Shown: positions 1 to 7,095 of the stretch, in pieces
Position numbering within the stretch: the first letter of the stretch is position 1
Layout of the letters: every line of letters begins with the position of its first letter
Virus record (IMG/VR): IMGVR_UViG_2681813268_000007
Reading direction: 5' to 3' (one strand)
DNA from: a virus
Taxonomy: Duplodnaviria > Heunggongvirae > Uroviricota > Caudoviricetes
DNA length: 10,234 nt
The notes under the pieces: generated by a model
The model's database searches: none
Told to the model about the DNA's origin: nothing
The model's input: only the letters and a program-made list of their open reading frames with translations
Translations under genes and position numbers: made by a program

Positions 1-49
1 CCCCGTCAGTAGCTGAACAGGAGGGACAGCTGATAGAAACAGAAGCCAC
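1..49 (-). CDS. insA: IS1 InsA, N-terminal fragment only (start codon GTG at 49-47, runs off window)
   Basis: Minus-strand translation from 49 gives V/M-ASVSISCPSCSATDG, the InsA N-terminus. Confidence 0.7.
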   Translation of the reverse strand, partial: MASVSISCPSCSATDG

Positions 50-104
50 TGGAGCACCTCAAAAACACGATCATACACTAAATCAGTAAGTTGGCAGCAT
101 CACC
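1..104 (-). mobile_element. IS1 end (partial; element continues beyond window start), terminal inverted repeat at about 82-104
   Basis: Reverse complement of 1-104 matches the IS1 left end as I recall it (GGTGATGCTGCCAACTTACTGAT...GAGGTGCTCCAGTGGCTTCTGTTTCTATCAGCTGTCCCTCCTGTTCAGCTACTGACGGGG); one apparent mismatch near position 69 relative to my memory of the canonical sequence. Confidence 0.8.
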
Positions 105-155
105 TTTTGTCTCTATGTTGATATAACCGTTTGTACTTATAAACCTGGAGGCATC

Positions 156-368
156 GTGGAAAAAATAAAGAAACTATTTAGTAGTAAATACGCAGTCATA
201 CGTCGTGATGACCTGTCAGTTATAGTCGAAATGGATTACTTCCCTGAAACCAAAAAATCAATGATGTATCGTAATGGTCGAAAGGCAATTTTTTTACCGA
301 TGAGGGTAAGTGACATTATGGGAAATGATAAACTGCTGGATGAATTGCGAGTCAGAGCATCCTGTTAG
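156..368 (+). CDS. hypothetical small protein (70 aa), AT-rich moron-like ORF
   Basis: GTG start at 156 preceded by GGAGG (147-151); clean 70-codon frame; base composition visibly more AT-rich than neighbouring genes; no recognisable motif. Confidence 0.4.
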   Translation: MEKIKKLFSSKYAVIRRDDLSVIVEMDYFPETKKSMMYRNGRKAIFLPMRVSDIMGNDKLLDELRVRASC

Positions 369-392
369 TATTGGCATTAATTCTGGTATACT
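365..392 (+). promoter_or_regulatory. putative sigma70 promoter with extended -10 (TGgTATACT at 384-392; weak -35 TTAGTA at 365-370)
   Basis: Motif match only, read by eye; positioned about 50 bp upstream of the ATG at 440. Confidence 0.2.
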
Positions 393-439
393 ACATAACG
401 GGCTGAACACCCATTCTACTGCGCCAGCGGAGAACTACG

Positions 440-1039
440 ATGGCGCATATACAACTGATCAAACAAACCTCTTCCGGATTACTTCTCCCGGCGACGCCGG
501 AGAGTTGCGATTTTCTGCATCAAATCAAAACAGGTGAGTGGATACACGCAGACTTTAAGCGTGTGCGTAACTACGCATTCCACAAGCGTTTTTTCAAACT
601 CCTGCAACTGGGATTCGATTACTGGACTCCGGTCGGTGGGGCGATCACGCCTCGCGAACGAGAACTGCTGTCTGGTTTCGTTGATTACCTGTGCGAATCA
701 GTAGGTCGGGAACATACGCCAGCTCTGAGCGAAGCCGCAGAGCAATATCTGAATACAGTTGCGACACGCAGAACCCGGGATACGGCATTGCTAAAGTCGT
801 TTGAGGCTTTTCGCGAGTGGGTAACCATTCAGGCTGGATTTTACACCGAACATTTTTATCCGGACGGTAGCCGCGGGCGTCGGGCAAAATCCATCGCTTT
901 TGCGAATATGGACGAAACCGAGTTTCAGCAGGTTTATAAATCTGTTCTGAATGTGCTGTGGAACTGGATTCTGTTCCGTAAATTTTCCTCTCCGGAACAA
1001 GTCGAAAATGTGGCCGCGCAGCTGCTGGAGTTTGCGTAA
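440..1039 (+). CDS. conserved lambdoid nin-region protein of unknown function (DUF1367-like, 199 aa)
   Basis: ATG at 440 with GGAG 7 nt upstream; long clean ORF; stop overlaps next start (TAATG at 1037-1041); family name from memory, unverified. Confidence 0.6.
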   Translation: MAHIQLIKQTSSGLLLPATPESCDFLHQIKTGEWIHADFKRVRNYAFHKRFFKLLQLGFDYWTPVGGAITPRERELLSGFVDYLCESVGREHTPALSEAAEQYLNTVATRRTRDTALLKSFEAFREWVTIQAGFYTEHFYPDGSRGRRAKSIAFANMDETEFQQVYKSVLNVLWNWILFRKFSSPEQVENVAAQLLEFA

Positions 1040-1329
1040 TGGTGGATTTACGTAAAGCGGCGCGGGGGCAGATGTGCACCGTCAGAATTCCTGGCTACTG
1101 CAATCACGATCCGGAAACGTCTGTGCTGGCGCATTACCGACTGGCGGGAACGTGCGGAACAGCGATAAAGCCACACGATATGCAGGCAGCGATTGCCTGT
1201 AGCTCGTGCCACGATTTAATCGACGGGCGGGTAAAAACCAGCGATTACACCAAAGAAGAATTACGCCTGATGCATGCAGAAGGTGTTTTTCGCACACAAG
1301 AAATCTGGAGAAAGGAGGGATATTTATGA
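1039..1329 (+). CDS. ybcO: YbcO-like protein (DUF1364, putative zinc-binding nuclease, 96 aa)
   Basis: 96-aa product MVDLRKAARG...CTVRIPGYCNHDPETSVLAH...IACSSCHDLIDGR resembles DLP12 YbcO as I recall it, including its Cys/His pattern; translationally coupled on both sides. Confidence 0.7.
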   Translation: MVDLRKAARGQMCTVRIPGYCNHDPETSVLAHYRLAGTCGTAIKPHDMQAAIACSSCHDLIDGRVKTSDYTKEELRLMHAEGVFRTQEIWRKEGYL

Positions 1330-1880
1330 TTTACCCAACGAATACAGGAAAAAGCGGAGAACACCTTCGTCTCACCACGCTGGAAAGTGTCTGGATTCAG
1401 GGAAAACTACGTATGTGGGGGCGCTGGTCGTATATTGGTGGCGGTAAGACGGGGAATATGTTTAACCTGATGTTGACCTCTAAAAAGCTGACAAAAACGG
1501 CAATTAACGAGGCGCTCCGGAGGATGAAAAAAGCAGGTCTGAACAAGTCTGAACTTGAGGCTTTTTTGCGGGATATGATTAACGGTAAGCAAAAGAGCTG
1601 GCTGGCGCATTGTACTGATGCAGAGGCGTTATGTATTGATCGGGTCATAAGTGAGGTGCTGGCAGAGCATCCAGGATTGATTAGCGTCCTTCGGCAACGG
1701 TATGAGGGGCGGGGGATGACCAAACGCAAAATGGCTGAACTGCTGAATGATGCACACCCGAAATGGAGTTTAAGAACCTGTGAAAGACGCATTGAGCATT
1801 GGCTAAAGGTGGCAGAATTTATTTTGTACAAACCAATGGTTATGGCTTTTGGTATAGAGAAAAAAGTTATTGCTTTTTGA
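1326..1880 (+). CDS. putative late-gene antiterminator (Q-like, phage-82/QuuQ-type), 184 aa
   Basis: ATG at 1326 with AGGAGGGA upstream and ATGA overlap with ybcO-like stop; last gene before a strong terminator and the late region; N-terminal LRMWGRW resembles the LERWGAW motif I recall in QuuQ-type Q proteins. Assignment is positional plus weak motif. Confidence 0.5.
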   Translation: MIYPTNTGKSGEHLRLTTLESVWIQGKLRMWGRWSYIGGGKTGNMFNLMLTSKKLTKTAINEALRRMKKAGLNKSELEAFLRDMINGKQKSWLAHCTDAEALCIDRVISEVLAEHPGLISVLRQRYEGRGMTKRKMAELLNDAHPKWSLRTCERRIEHWLKVAEFILYKPMVMAFGIEKKVIAF

Positions 1881-1957
1881 CGTAAAAACTGCTTCAATTC
1901 TTGTACGCTTCGCAAAGCTGTACCGCGAGGCGAATAGCAGACATGGACATTTGAAAG

Positions 1958-1983
1958 AGCCCGCTTTATGCGGGTTTTTTTAT
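1958..1983 (+). terminator. rho-independent terminator (tR'-like) downstream of Q-like gene
   Basis: Stem AGCCCGC/GCGGGTT (1958-1964 with 1970-1976) with a 5-nt loop, followed by a T-run through 1981. Confidence 0.7.
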
Positions 1984-2069
1984 ACCTGAAAAACGGCACA
2001 GGACGTTAAACGTGCTGGTGGTCAGATGAGTTTGCAGATGTGATGACATATGGTTATTATTCTGCCTCC

Positions 2070-2146
2070 GGCCCTTTAGCTCAGTTGGTCAGAGCGAGCG
2101 ACTCATAATCGCCAGGTCGCTGGTTCAAGTCCAGCAAGGGCCACCA
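2070..2146 (+). tRNA. tRNA-Ile2 (anticodon CAU, lysidine type; formally could read as Met), 77 nt with encoded CCA
   Basis: Cloverleaf: acceptor GGCCCTT/AAGGGCC, D-stem GCTC/GAGC, anticodon loop CTCATAA, T-arm GGTCGCTGGTTCAAGTCCAGC; close to E. coli ileX as recalled. Confidence 0.85.
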
Positions 2147-2147
2147 A

Positions 2148-2224
2148 CCACCACTAGCTCATCCGGATAGAGCATCAACCTTCTAAGTTGACGGTGCGAG
2201 GTTCGAGTCCTCGGTGGTGGGCCA
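2148..2224 (+). tRNA. tRNA-Arg (anticodon UCU, reads AGA/AGG)
   Basis: Acceptor CCACCAC/GTGGTGG, D-stem GCTC/GAGC, anticodon stem TCAAC/GTTGA with loop CTTCTAA, T-stem CGAGG/CCTCG with TTCGAGT loop, G73 and CCA. Confidence 0.85.
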
Positions 2225-2226
2225 GC

Positions 2227-2302
<76 letters not shown>

Positions 2303-2305
2303 TAT

Positions 2306-2380
<75 letters not shown>

Positions 2381-2386
2381 GTCAGA

Positions 2387-2432
2387 GTCTTTCAGTCTGC
2401 GATGATGGGAAATCCCGGAGTGACTGAAAGAC
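2387..2432. repeat. perfect 11-bp inverted repeat (GTCTTTCAGTC / GACTGAAAGAC) with 24-nt spacer
   Basis: Direct inspection; arms at 2387-2397 and 2422-2432. Confidence 0.8.
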
Positions 2433-2439
2433 GTTTAAG

Positions 2440-2512
2440 TTATGAATGATCGCCTTTTTTTGCAAAATTGCTGTGCAGAAATACTAACCTTCGGGCGTGC
2501 GATCATTCATAA
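2440..2512. repeat. perfect 14-bp inverted repeat (TTATGAATGATCGC / GCGATCATTCATAA) with 45-nt spacer
   Basis: Direct inspection; arms at 2440-2453 and 2499-2512. Confidence 0.8.
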
Positions 2513-2605
2513 GCACTCTGCTTTTATTCCGATTAACTGTGGGTGGTTTGTTGGATAGAGTGTGAGGTGTACTGGCAATAGCGGACACTACCATTTGTTC
2601 TTTTT

Positions 2606-3424
2606 TTAAGCAGCCATCTGATGATATTTTTCCCTGAAGGCTGCCGGGGAGATATTCCCCAGACGAGAGTGACGACGCTGACGATTGTAGAAAATCTCAA
2701 TGTATTCCCGTATTACTGAGATGGCTTCATCCCGGTTATTAAAACGATAGTGGCTCAGGCTCTCATTTTTCAGCGTTCCCCAGAAGCTTTCCATCGGAGC
2801 GTTGTCGTAACAGTTACCTTTACGCGACATTGATGTTTTCAGACCAGACTGCTCCTGTATGACCCGGTAATCGTATGCGCAGTACTGTGAACCTCGATCA
2901 GAGTGGTGGATTAGCCCGGCAGGTGGGCGCTGGCTCCTGAGCGCCATAAACAGGGCTTTACCTGTCAGCTCTTTTGTCATGCGCTCTCCCATGGCGTAGC
3001 CGACAATTTCGCACGTATAAACATCTTTGATGCCAGCGAGGTACAACCATCCCTCCTGTGTGGCAACATACGTCAGGTCCGCCACCCAGACCTGATTTGG
3101 TGCTGTAGGAGCGAACGTCTGGTTCAGCAGATTTGGCGCAACTGGCAGATTGTGGTTCGAGTTCGTAGTCGCTCTGAACTTGCGTTTCTGCTTACAGCGT
3201 AGCCTTAGCTCCTTACGAAGACGTGCCAGTCGGTCACGACCAACGATGATGCCATTCTCTGCCAGCTCCGTCTGGAGCCGCCGGGTTCCATATGTTTCGC
3301 GAGTGCGGATATGTGCCACCTTAATCTCCAGTTTTAGCCGCTCATCACTTTGTTTTCTGTCTGAGGGTTCATGCTGTACCCAGTTGTAATAACCGCTCCT
3401 GGATACACCAAATACCTGACACAT
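2606..3424 (-). CDS. IS3-family transposase OrfB (DDE catalytic domain); in vivo made as OrfAB fusion by -1 frameshift, so the true frame extends upstream to about 3510
   Basis: 272-aa ORF with IS3-type OrfB sequence (MCQVFGVSRSGYYNW..., ending ...YDNAPMESFWGTLKNE...GNISPAAF); the -1 frame upstream of its Met reads SNSVFCTGVAEKYALIEQWRQQFPIEA, continuous with it. Confidence 0.85.
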   Translation of the reverse strand: MCQVFGVSRSGYYNWVQHEPSDRKQSDERLKLEIKVAHIRTRETYGTRRLQTELAENGIIVGRDRLARLRKELRLRCKQKRKFRATTNSNHNLPVAPNLLNQTFAPTAPNQVWVADLTYVATQEGWLYLAGIKDVYTCEIVGYAMGERMTKELTGKALFMALRSQRPPAGLIHHSDRGSQYCAYDYRVIQEQSGLKTSMSRKGNCYDNAPMESFWGTLKNESLSHYRFNNRDEAISVIREYIEIFYNRQRRHSRLGNISPAAFREKYHQMAA

Positions 3425-3459
3425 CGCTTCAATGGGAAATTGTTGTCGCCATTGTTCGA

Positions 3460-3762
3460 TTAACGCGTATTTTTCAGCGACTCCTGTGCAAAATACGCTG
3501 TTGCTTTTTTTAATATATCTCGCTCAAGGCGAGCTTCATTTAACGCCTTACGCAGTTGCAGAATTTCAGATTCCAGTTCAGCCACCGTGCGGGAACCAGG
3601 AGTACCGAGCCCTTTTCTGGCGGCGGTAACCCATTGTCCTAAAGTGCCTTCAGGAAGAGATAATCGGGAAGCGCCTTCACTGATCGAAAGTTGATTTTCA
3701 AGAACCGTTCTGACAGCTTCGGCTTTGAACTCTTTAGAGTAACGTTGGGTTTTTCTGCTCAT
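3460..3762 (-). CDS. IS3-family transposase OrfA (helix-turn-helix / leucine-zipper subunit), 100 aa
   Basis: MSRKTQRYSKEFKAEAVRTVLENQ... is typical IS3/IS600 OrfA; ATG at 3762 with GGAG-type RBS on the minus strand. Confidence 0.85.
   Translation of the reverse strand: MSRKTQRYSKEFKAEAVRTVLENQLSISEGASRLSLPEGTLGQWVTAARKGLGTPGSRTVAELESEILQLRKALNEARLERDILKKATAYFAQESLKNTR
3505..3511 (-). other. programmed -1 ribosomal frameshift slippery site (A7 run followed by G on the minus strand) joining OrfA to OrfB
   Basis: Plus-strand T7 at 3505-3511; OrfA zero-frame reads TTA AAA AAA GCA; OrfB-like sequence continues in the -1 frame. Confidence 0.7.
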
Positions 3763-3826
3763 TATTAGCTCCTTCTGATGCCATTCTATTTCAGGAAGGA
3801 GTGTCCGTTAAACTCAGGCTACCTCA

Positions 3827-3837
3827 NNNNNNNNNNN
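3827..3837. other. assembly gap (11 N) abutting the last base of the IS600-like element
   Basis: Run of n characters in the sequence. Confidence 0.95.
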
Positions 3838-3921
3838 CTGAAAAACGGCACAGGACGTTAAACGTGCTGGTGGTCAGATGAGTTTGCAGATGTGATGACA
3901 TATGGTTATTATTCTGCCTCC

Positions 3922-3998
3922 GGCCCTTTAGCTCAGTTGGTCAGAGCGAGCGACTCATAATCGCCAGGTCGCTGGTTCAAGTCCAGCAAGGGCCACCA
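3922..3998 (+). tRNA. tRNA-Ile2 (CAU), second copy
   Basis: Identical to 2070-2146. Confidence 0.85.
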
Positions 3999-3999
3999 A

Positions 4000-4076
4000 C
4001 CACCACTAGCTCATCCGGATAGAGCATCAACCTTCTAAGTTGACGGTGCGAGGTTCGAGTCCTCGGTGGTGGGCCA
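4000..4076 (+). tRNA. tRNA-Arg (UCU), second copy
   Basis: Identical to 2148-2224. Confidence 0.85.
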
Positions 4077-4078
4077 GC

Positions 4079-4154
<76 letters not shown>

Positions 4155-4157
4155 TAT

Positions 4158-4232
<75 letters not shown>

Positions 4233-4846
4233 GCGAGATTTGAGACGAAGGTTGTTATTTGCACTGACACAATATTGTGTGGGAATGTCTGACTCCTTAC
4301 CATCTCCTGTTCTGTGATGTTGTTTTGTTGCAGTTCCAGTGCTCTTTTTTCAGCACCAGAATGGTGCATTGTCGGTCAGGTTACGTAGTGAACCTCTGGC
4401 AGGGGACTGATGATTCATCATTCTGGTGTTGTAAATATCTCTTCGGACAACTTACAAAATATTCTAAGCAAACCCCGGGAACACACTCTTAACTGCCTTG
4501 GCTGGCGGTTTTTTGTACAGCGCTCGGTATGTGTGAGCTGGAAATCAGATTTTGCATGGACTGGAATCATGCTGTTATTTAGGGGCGAAGAACTGGCTTT
4601 TTCTTCCGCCTTCTCACCAGTAACGATTAGAAAAATAATGAAATGCCCCCCTCCGGGGAGGAGGACCGTAGAAAAAAGGACCCGCCAGCAAAAACATTGG
4701 GGATGAACAGCTTTCGCTACTCAGATTGCTGGCGGGTAAAGTTCCTCATGAATTAAGAATGCTACGCGATCTTTTTTAATGGAAATGAAAATTATTGTCA
4801 ATTAGTCGTGCGTGTTTTTTCATACAATATTGGTAAAGGTGATTCA

Positions 4847-4881
4847 GGCCATCAGAGTTTTGCTGATGGCCTTTTTTCTTT
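4847..4881 (+). terminator. rho-independent terminator about 30 bp upstream of holin gene
   Basis: Perfect 9-bp stem GGCCATCAG/CTGATGGCC (4847-4855 with 4863-4871), 7-nt loop, then TTTTTTCTTT. Confidence 0.75.
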
Positions 4882-4912
4882 CCGATAGCACAGGTCTGTC
4901 GGGGGGCGGGAT

Positions 4913-5128
4913 ATGTATCAGATGGAAAAAATATCAACAGGCATTGCCTACGGCACCTCCGCCGGCAGTGCCGGCTACTGGTTTTTGCAGTGGTTGGATC
5001 AGGTCAGTCCATCACAGTGGGCTGCGATTGGTGTGCTGGGAAGTCTGCTTCTGGGGCTTCTGACTTATCTGACAAATCTGTATTTCAAAATAAGAGAAGA
5101 CAAGCGTAAGGCTGCGAGAGGTGAATAA
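4913..5128 (+). CDS. S: phage-21-type pinholin S (71 aa) with dual-start motif (Met1 and Met4: antiholin and holin forms)
   Basis: [28 protein letters not shown]...[13 protein letters not shown] matches S21 as recalled; two hydrophobic segments; stop overlaps R start (TAATG at 5126-5130). Confidence 0.9.
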   Translation: MYQMEKISTGIAYGTSAGSAGYWFLQWLDQVSPSQWAAIGVLGSLLLGLLTYLTNLYFKIREDKRKAARGE

Positions 5129-5625
5129 TGTCGCCATCATTACGCAAGGCTGTTGCAGCTGCTATTGGTGGTGGGGCTGTTGCTATAGCATCTGTGTTAA
5201 TCACTGGCCCAGGTGGTAACGATGGTCTGGAAGGTGTCAGCTACATACCATACAAAGATATCATTGGTGTATGGACTGTATGTCACGGACACACCGGAAA
5301 AGACATCATGCTCGGTAAAACGTATACCGAAGCAGAATGCAAAGCCCTCCTGAATAAAGACCTTGCCACTGTCGCCAGACAAATTAACCCGTACATCAAA
5401 GTCGATATACCGGAAACAACGCGCGGCGCTCTTTACTCGTTCGTTTACAACGTGGGCGCTGGCAATTTCAGAACATCGACGCTTCTTCGCAAAATAAACC
5501 AGGGCGATATCAAAGGCGCATGTGACCAGCTACGTCGCTGGACATATGCTGGCGGTAAGCAATGGAAAGGGCTGATGACCCGTCGTGAGATTGAGCGTGA
5601 AGTCTGTTTGTGGGGGCAGCAATGA
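5128..5625 (+). CDS. R: SAR endolysin (phage-21 R-type lysozyme with N-terminal signal-anchor-release domain), 165 aa
   Basis: N-terminal Gly/Ala-rich weakly hydrophobic SAR segment ([20 protein letters not shown]) followed by a lysozyme-like catalytic region (GLEG...YKD...WTVCHGHTG); coupled to S and Rz. Confidence 0.9.
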   Translation: MSPSLRKAVAAAIGGGAVAIASVLITGPGGNDGLEGVSYIPYKDIIGVWTVCHGHTGKDIMLGKTYTEAECKALLNKDLATVARQINPYIKVDIPETTRGALYSFVYNVGAGNFRTSTLLRKINQGDIKGACDQLRRWTYAGGKQWKGLMTRREIEREVCLWGQQ

Positions 5626-6086
5626 GCAGAGTCACCGCGATTATCTCCGCTCTGGTTATCTGCATCATCGTCCGCCTGTCATGGGCTGTTAATCATTACC
5701 GTGATAACGCCATTACCTACAAAGAGCAGCGCGACAAAAACGCAAGAGAACTGAAGCTGGCGAACGCAACCATTACTGACATGCAGCAGAGACAGCGTGA
5801 TGTTAATGCACTCGATGCTAAATACACGAAGGAGTTAGCTGATGCGAAAGCTGAAAATGAAACTCTGCGCGCTGATGTTGCCGCTGGTCGTCGTCGGTTG
5901 CACATCAAAGCAGTCTGTCAGTCAGTGCGTGAAGCCACCACCGCCTCCGGCGTGGATAATGCAACCAGCCCCCGACTGGCAGACACCGCTGAACGGGATT
6001 ATTTCACCCTCAGAGAGCGGCTGATGACGATGCAGATGCAACTGGAAGGGGCACAGGAGTATATCCGCACTCAGTGCATTAAGTAG
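5622..6086 (+). CDS. Rz: Rz i-spanin (inner-membrane spanin subunit)
   Basis: ATG at 5622 overlaps R stop (ATGA); N-terminal TM segment ([14 protein letters not shown]) then coiled-coil-like charged region; an alternative GTG start at 5610 is possible. Confidence 0.85.
   Translation: MSRVTAIISALVICIIVRLSWAVNHYRDNAITYKEQRDKNARELKLANATITDMQQRQRDVNALDAKYTKELADAKAENETLRADVAAGRRRLHIKAVCQSVREATTASGVDNATSPRLADTAERDYFTLRERLMTMQMQLEGAQEYIRTQCIK
5842..6024 (+). CDS. Rz1: Rz1 o-spanin (outer-membrane lipoprotein), embedded in the +1 frame within Rz
   Basis: Signal peptide with lipobox (LVVVGC), proline-rich stretch PPPPP; GGAG 7 nt upstream of ATG at 5842; lies wholly inside Rz in a different frame. 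Confidence 0.8.
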   Translation: MRKLKMKLCALMLPLVVVGCTSKQSVSQCVKPPPPPAWIMQPAPDWQTPLNGIISPSESG

Positions 6087-6128
6087 CCTTTTTATCGTGG
6101 TAAACATTTCGCAGGGTATGAGGTATTT

Positions 6129-6479
6129 ATGCCATCACTAATCCCACGTGCCTGCCGTAAGCGTGGATGTGCAGGTACAACCACAGACAGTTCGGGTTAC
6201 TGCGATAAACATCGCGGTGAAGGCTGGGTGCAGCACCAGCGCGGACTGAGCCGCCACCAGCGTGGCTATGGCTCAAAATGGACGGTGATTCGTGCCCGTA
6301 TTCTGAAGCGCGATAAAGGTCTGTGTCAGTTGTGTCTGCGTGTCGGTGTGGTGAGCGAGGCGAAAACCGTCGACCACATCATCCCGAAAGCGCATGGCGG
6401 AACAGACGCAGACAGCAACCTGCAGAGTCTGTGCTGGCCCTGCCATAAAGCGAAAACAGCGCGCGAACGAATCCGGTGA
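6129..6479 (+). CDS. HNH endonuclease (phage packaging-associated), 116 aa
   Basis: Cys-rich N-terminus (CRKRGCAG...CDKH) and HNH core (DHIIPKAHGG...N...LCWPCH); located immediately upstream of terminase genes. Confidence 0.85.
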   Translation: MPSLIPRACRKRGCAGTTTDSSGYCDKHRGEGWVQHQRGLSRHQRGYGSKWTVIRARILKRDKGLCQLCLRVGVVSEAKTVDHIIPKAHGGTDADSNLQSLCWPCHKAKTARERIR

Positions 6480-6501
6480 TAATTATTCTCACTTGTAGGG
6501 A

Positions 6502-6562
6502 GGGGCGGGGCAAATCCCTGTGACCTGACGTCTTCCGGACTGCCCGCCCCATCGTTTTTTTA
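6502..6562 (+). terminator. GC-rich imperfect hairpin (GGGGCGGGGCA ... TGCCCGCCCC) followed by a T7 tract; candidate terminator and/or part of the cos region
   Basis: About 10-bp stem with one bulge, 28-nt loop, then ATCGTTTTTTTA; sits between HNH and terS. Confidence 0.45.
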
Positions 6563-6600
6563 TACCCGCGAAAAATGAAATTTAACCAGGAGTGCCGCAT

Positions 6601-7095
6601 ATGGCTGGAACGGCGGGGCGTTCCGGGCGTCGCCCCAAGCCAACGGCGCGCAAGGCGCTGGCCGGAAACCCCGGCAAGCGAGCCCTGAACAAAGATGAAC
6701 CTGTTTTTACGCCCATCAAAGGTGTTGAGCCACCAGAGTGGTTCGCTGAAGAAGATCTCCCTCTCGCCACGATCATGTGGCAACTGACAACCAAAGAACT
6801 CTGCGGTCAGGGCCTGCTGTGCGTGACTGACCTGGCGGTACTTGAGCGGTGGTGCGTGGCCTATGAGTTCTGGCGACGTGCCGTGAAAAATATTGCCATA
6901 CAGGGCAACACCATCACCGGTGCAATGGGCGGCAGGGTCAAAAATCCGGAGCTGACCGCCAAAAAAGAACAGGAGTCCGAGATGAGCAGCACGGGGGCAA
7001 TGCTCGGACTCGACCCCAGCAGCCGCCAGCGTCTGATTGGCCTGGCGGGGCAGAAGAAAGCCACTAACCCGTTTCTGAAAATTATCGAATCATGA
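6601..7095 (+). CDS. terminase small subunit (P27/HK97-type), about 164 aa
   Basis: ATG at 6601 with AGGAG (6586-6590) upstream (in-frame GTG at 6592 is the alternative); basic N-terminus; product resembles P27-family TerS as recalled; ATGA overlap with terL. Confidence 0.8.
   Translation: MAGTAGRSGRRPKPTARKALAGNPGKRALNKDEPVFTPIKGVEPPEWFAEEDLPLATIMWQLTTKELCGQGLLCVTDLAVLERWCVAYEFWRRAVKNIAIQGNTITGAMGGRVKNPELTAKKEQESEMSSTGAMLGLDPSSRQRLIGLAGQKKATNPFLKIIES

Larger units (their letters stand above)
2563..3826 (-). mobile_element. IS3-family insertion sequence, IS600-like, 1264 bp, complete
   Basis: Imperfect terminal inverted repeats beginning TGAGGT...CGGACAC at both ends (2563-2590 and reverse complement of 3798-3826); orfA and orfB on the minus strand with an A-run slippery site; 1264 bp equals the IS600 length as I recall it. 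Confidence 0.85.

Noticed and set aside
310-537. 75-aa plus-strand ORF overlapping the end of the 70-aa ORF and the start of the DUF1367-like gene
   Set aside because: Overlaps two better-supported genes and a putative promoter; no RBS; implausible composition.
1397-1999. 200-aa and 67-aa minus-strand ORFs antisense to the Q-like gene
   Set aside because: Fully overlapped by a better-supported plus-strand gene; no RBS; low-complexity Arg/Ser-rich products.
2070-2146. Reading the first tRNA as elongator or initiator tRNA-Met
   Set aside because: Anticodon CAT is ambiguous, but the body (D- and T-arms) resembles E. coli ileX-type tRNA-Ile2 rather than metT or metZ as I recall them; kept as Ile2 with the Met caveat.
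2382-2562. Possible stx promoter or stx gene remnant downstream of the tRNA array
   Set aside because: I could not find any stretch resembling stxA/stxB coding sequence in the window, and I cannot reliably recall the stx upstream sequence, so no claim is made.
3150-3629. Plus-strand ORFs (79 and 65 aa) inside the IS600-like element
   Set aside because: Antisense to the transposase frames; no RBS; Ser/Arg-rich composition typical of antisense translation.
4277-5063. Three plus-strand ORFs (71, 98 and 83 aa) in the leader upstream of the holin
   Set aside because: No convincing RBS, Trp/Cys-rich junk-like products, and the last one overlaps the holin start; the region fits a non-coding late leader better.
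5717-6107. Minus-strand 63-aa and 61-aa ORFs inside Rz/Rz1
   Set aside because: Antisense to two overlapping, well-supported spanin genes.
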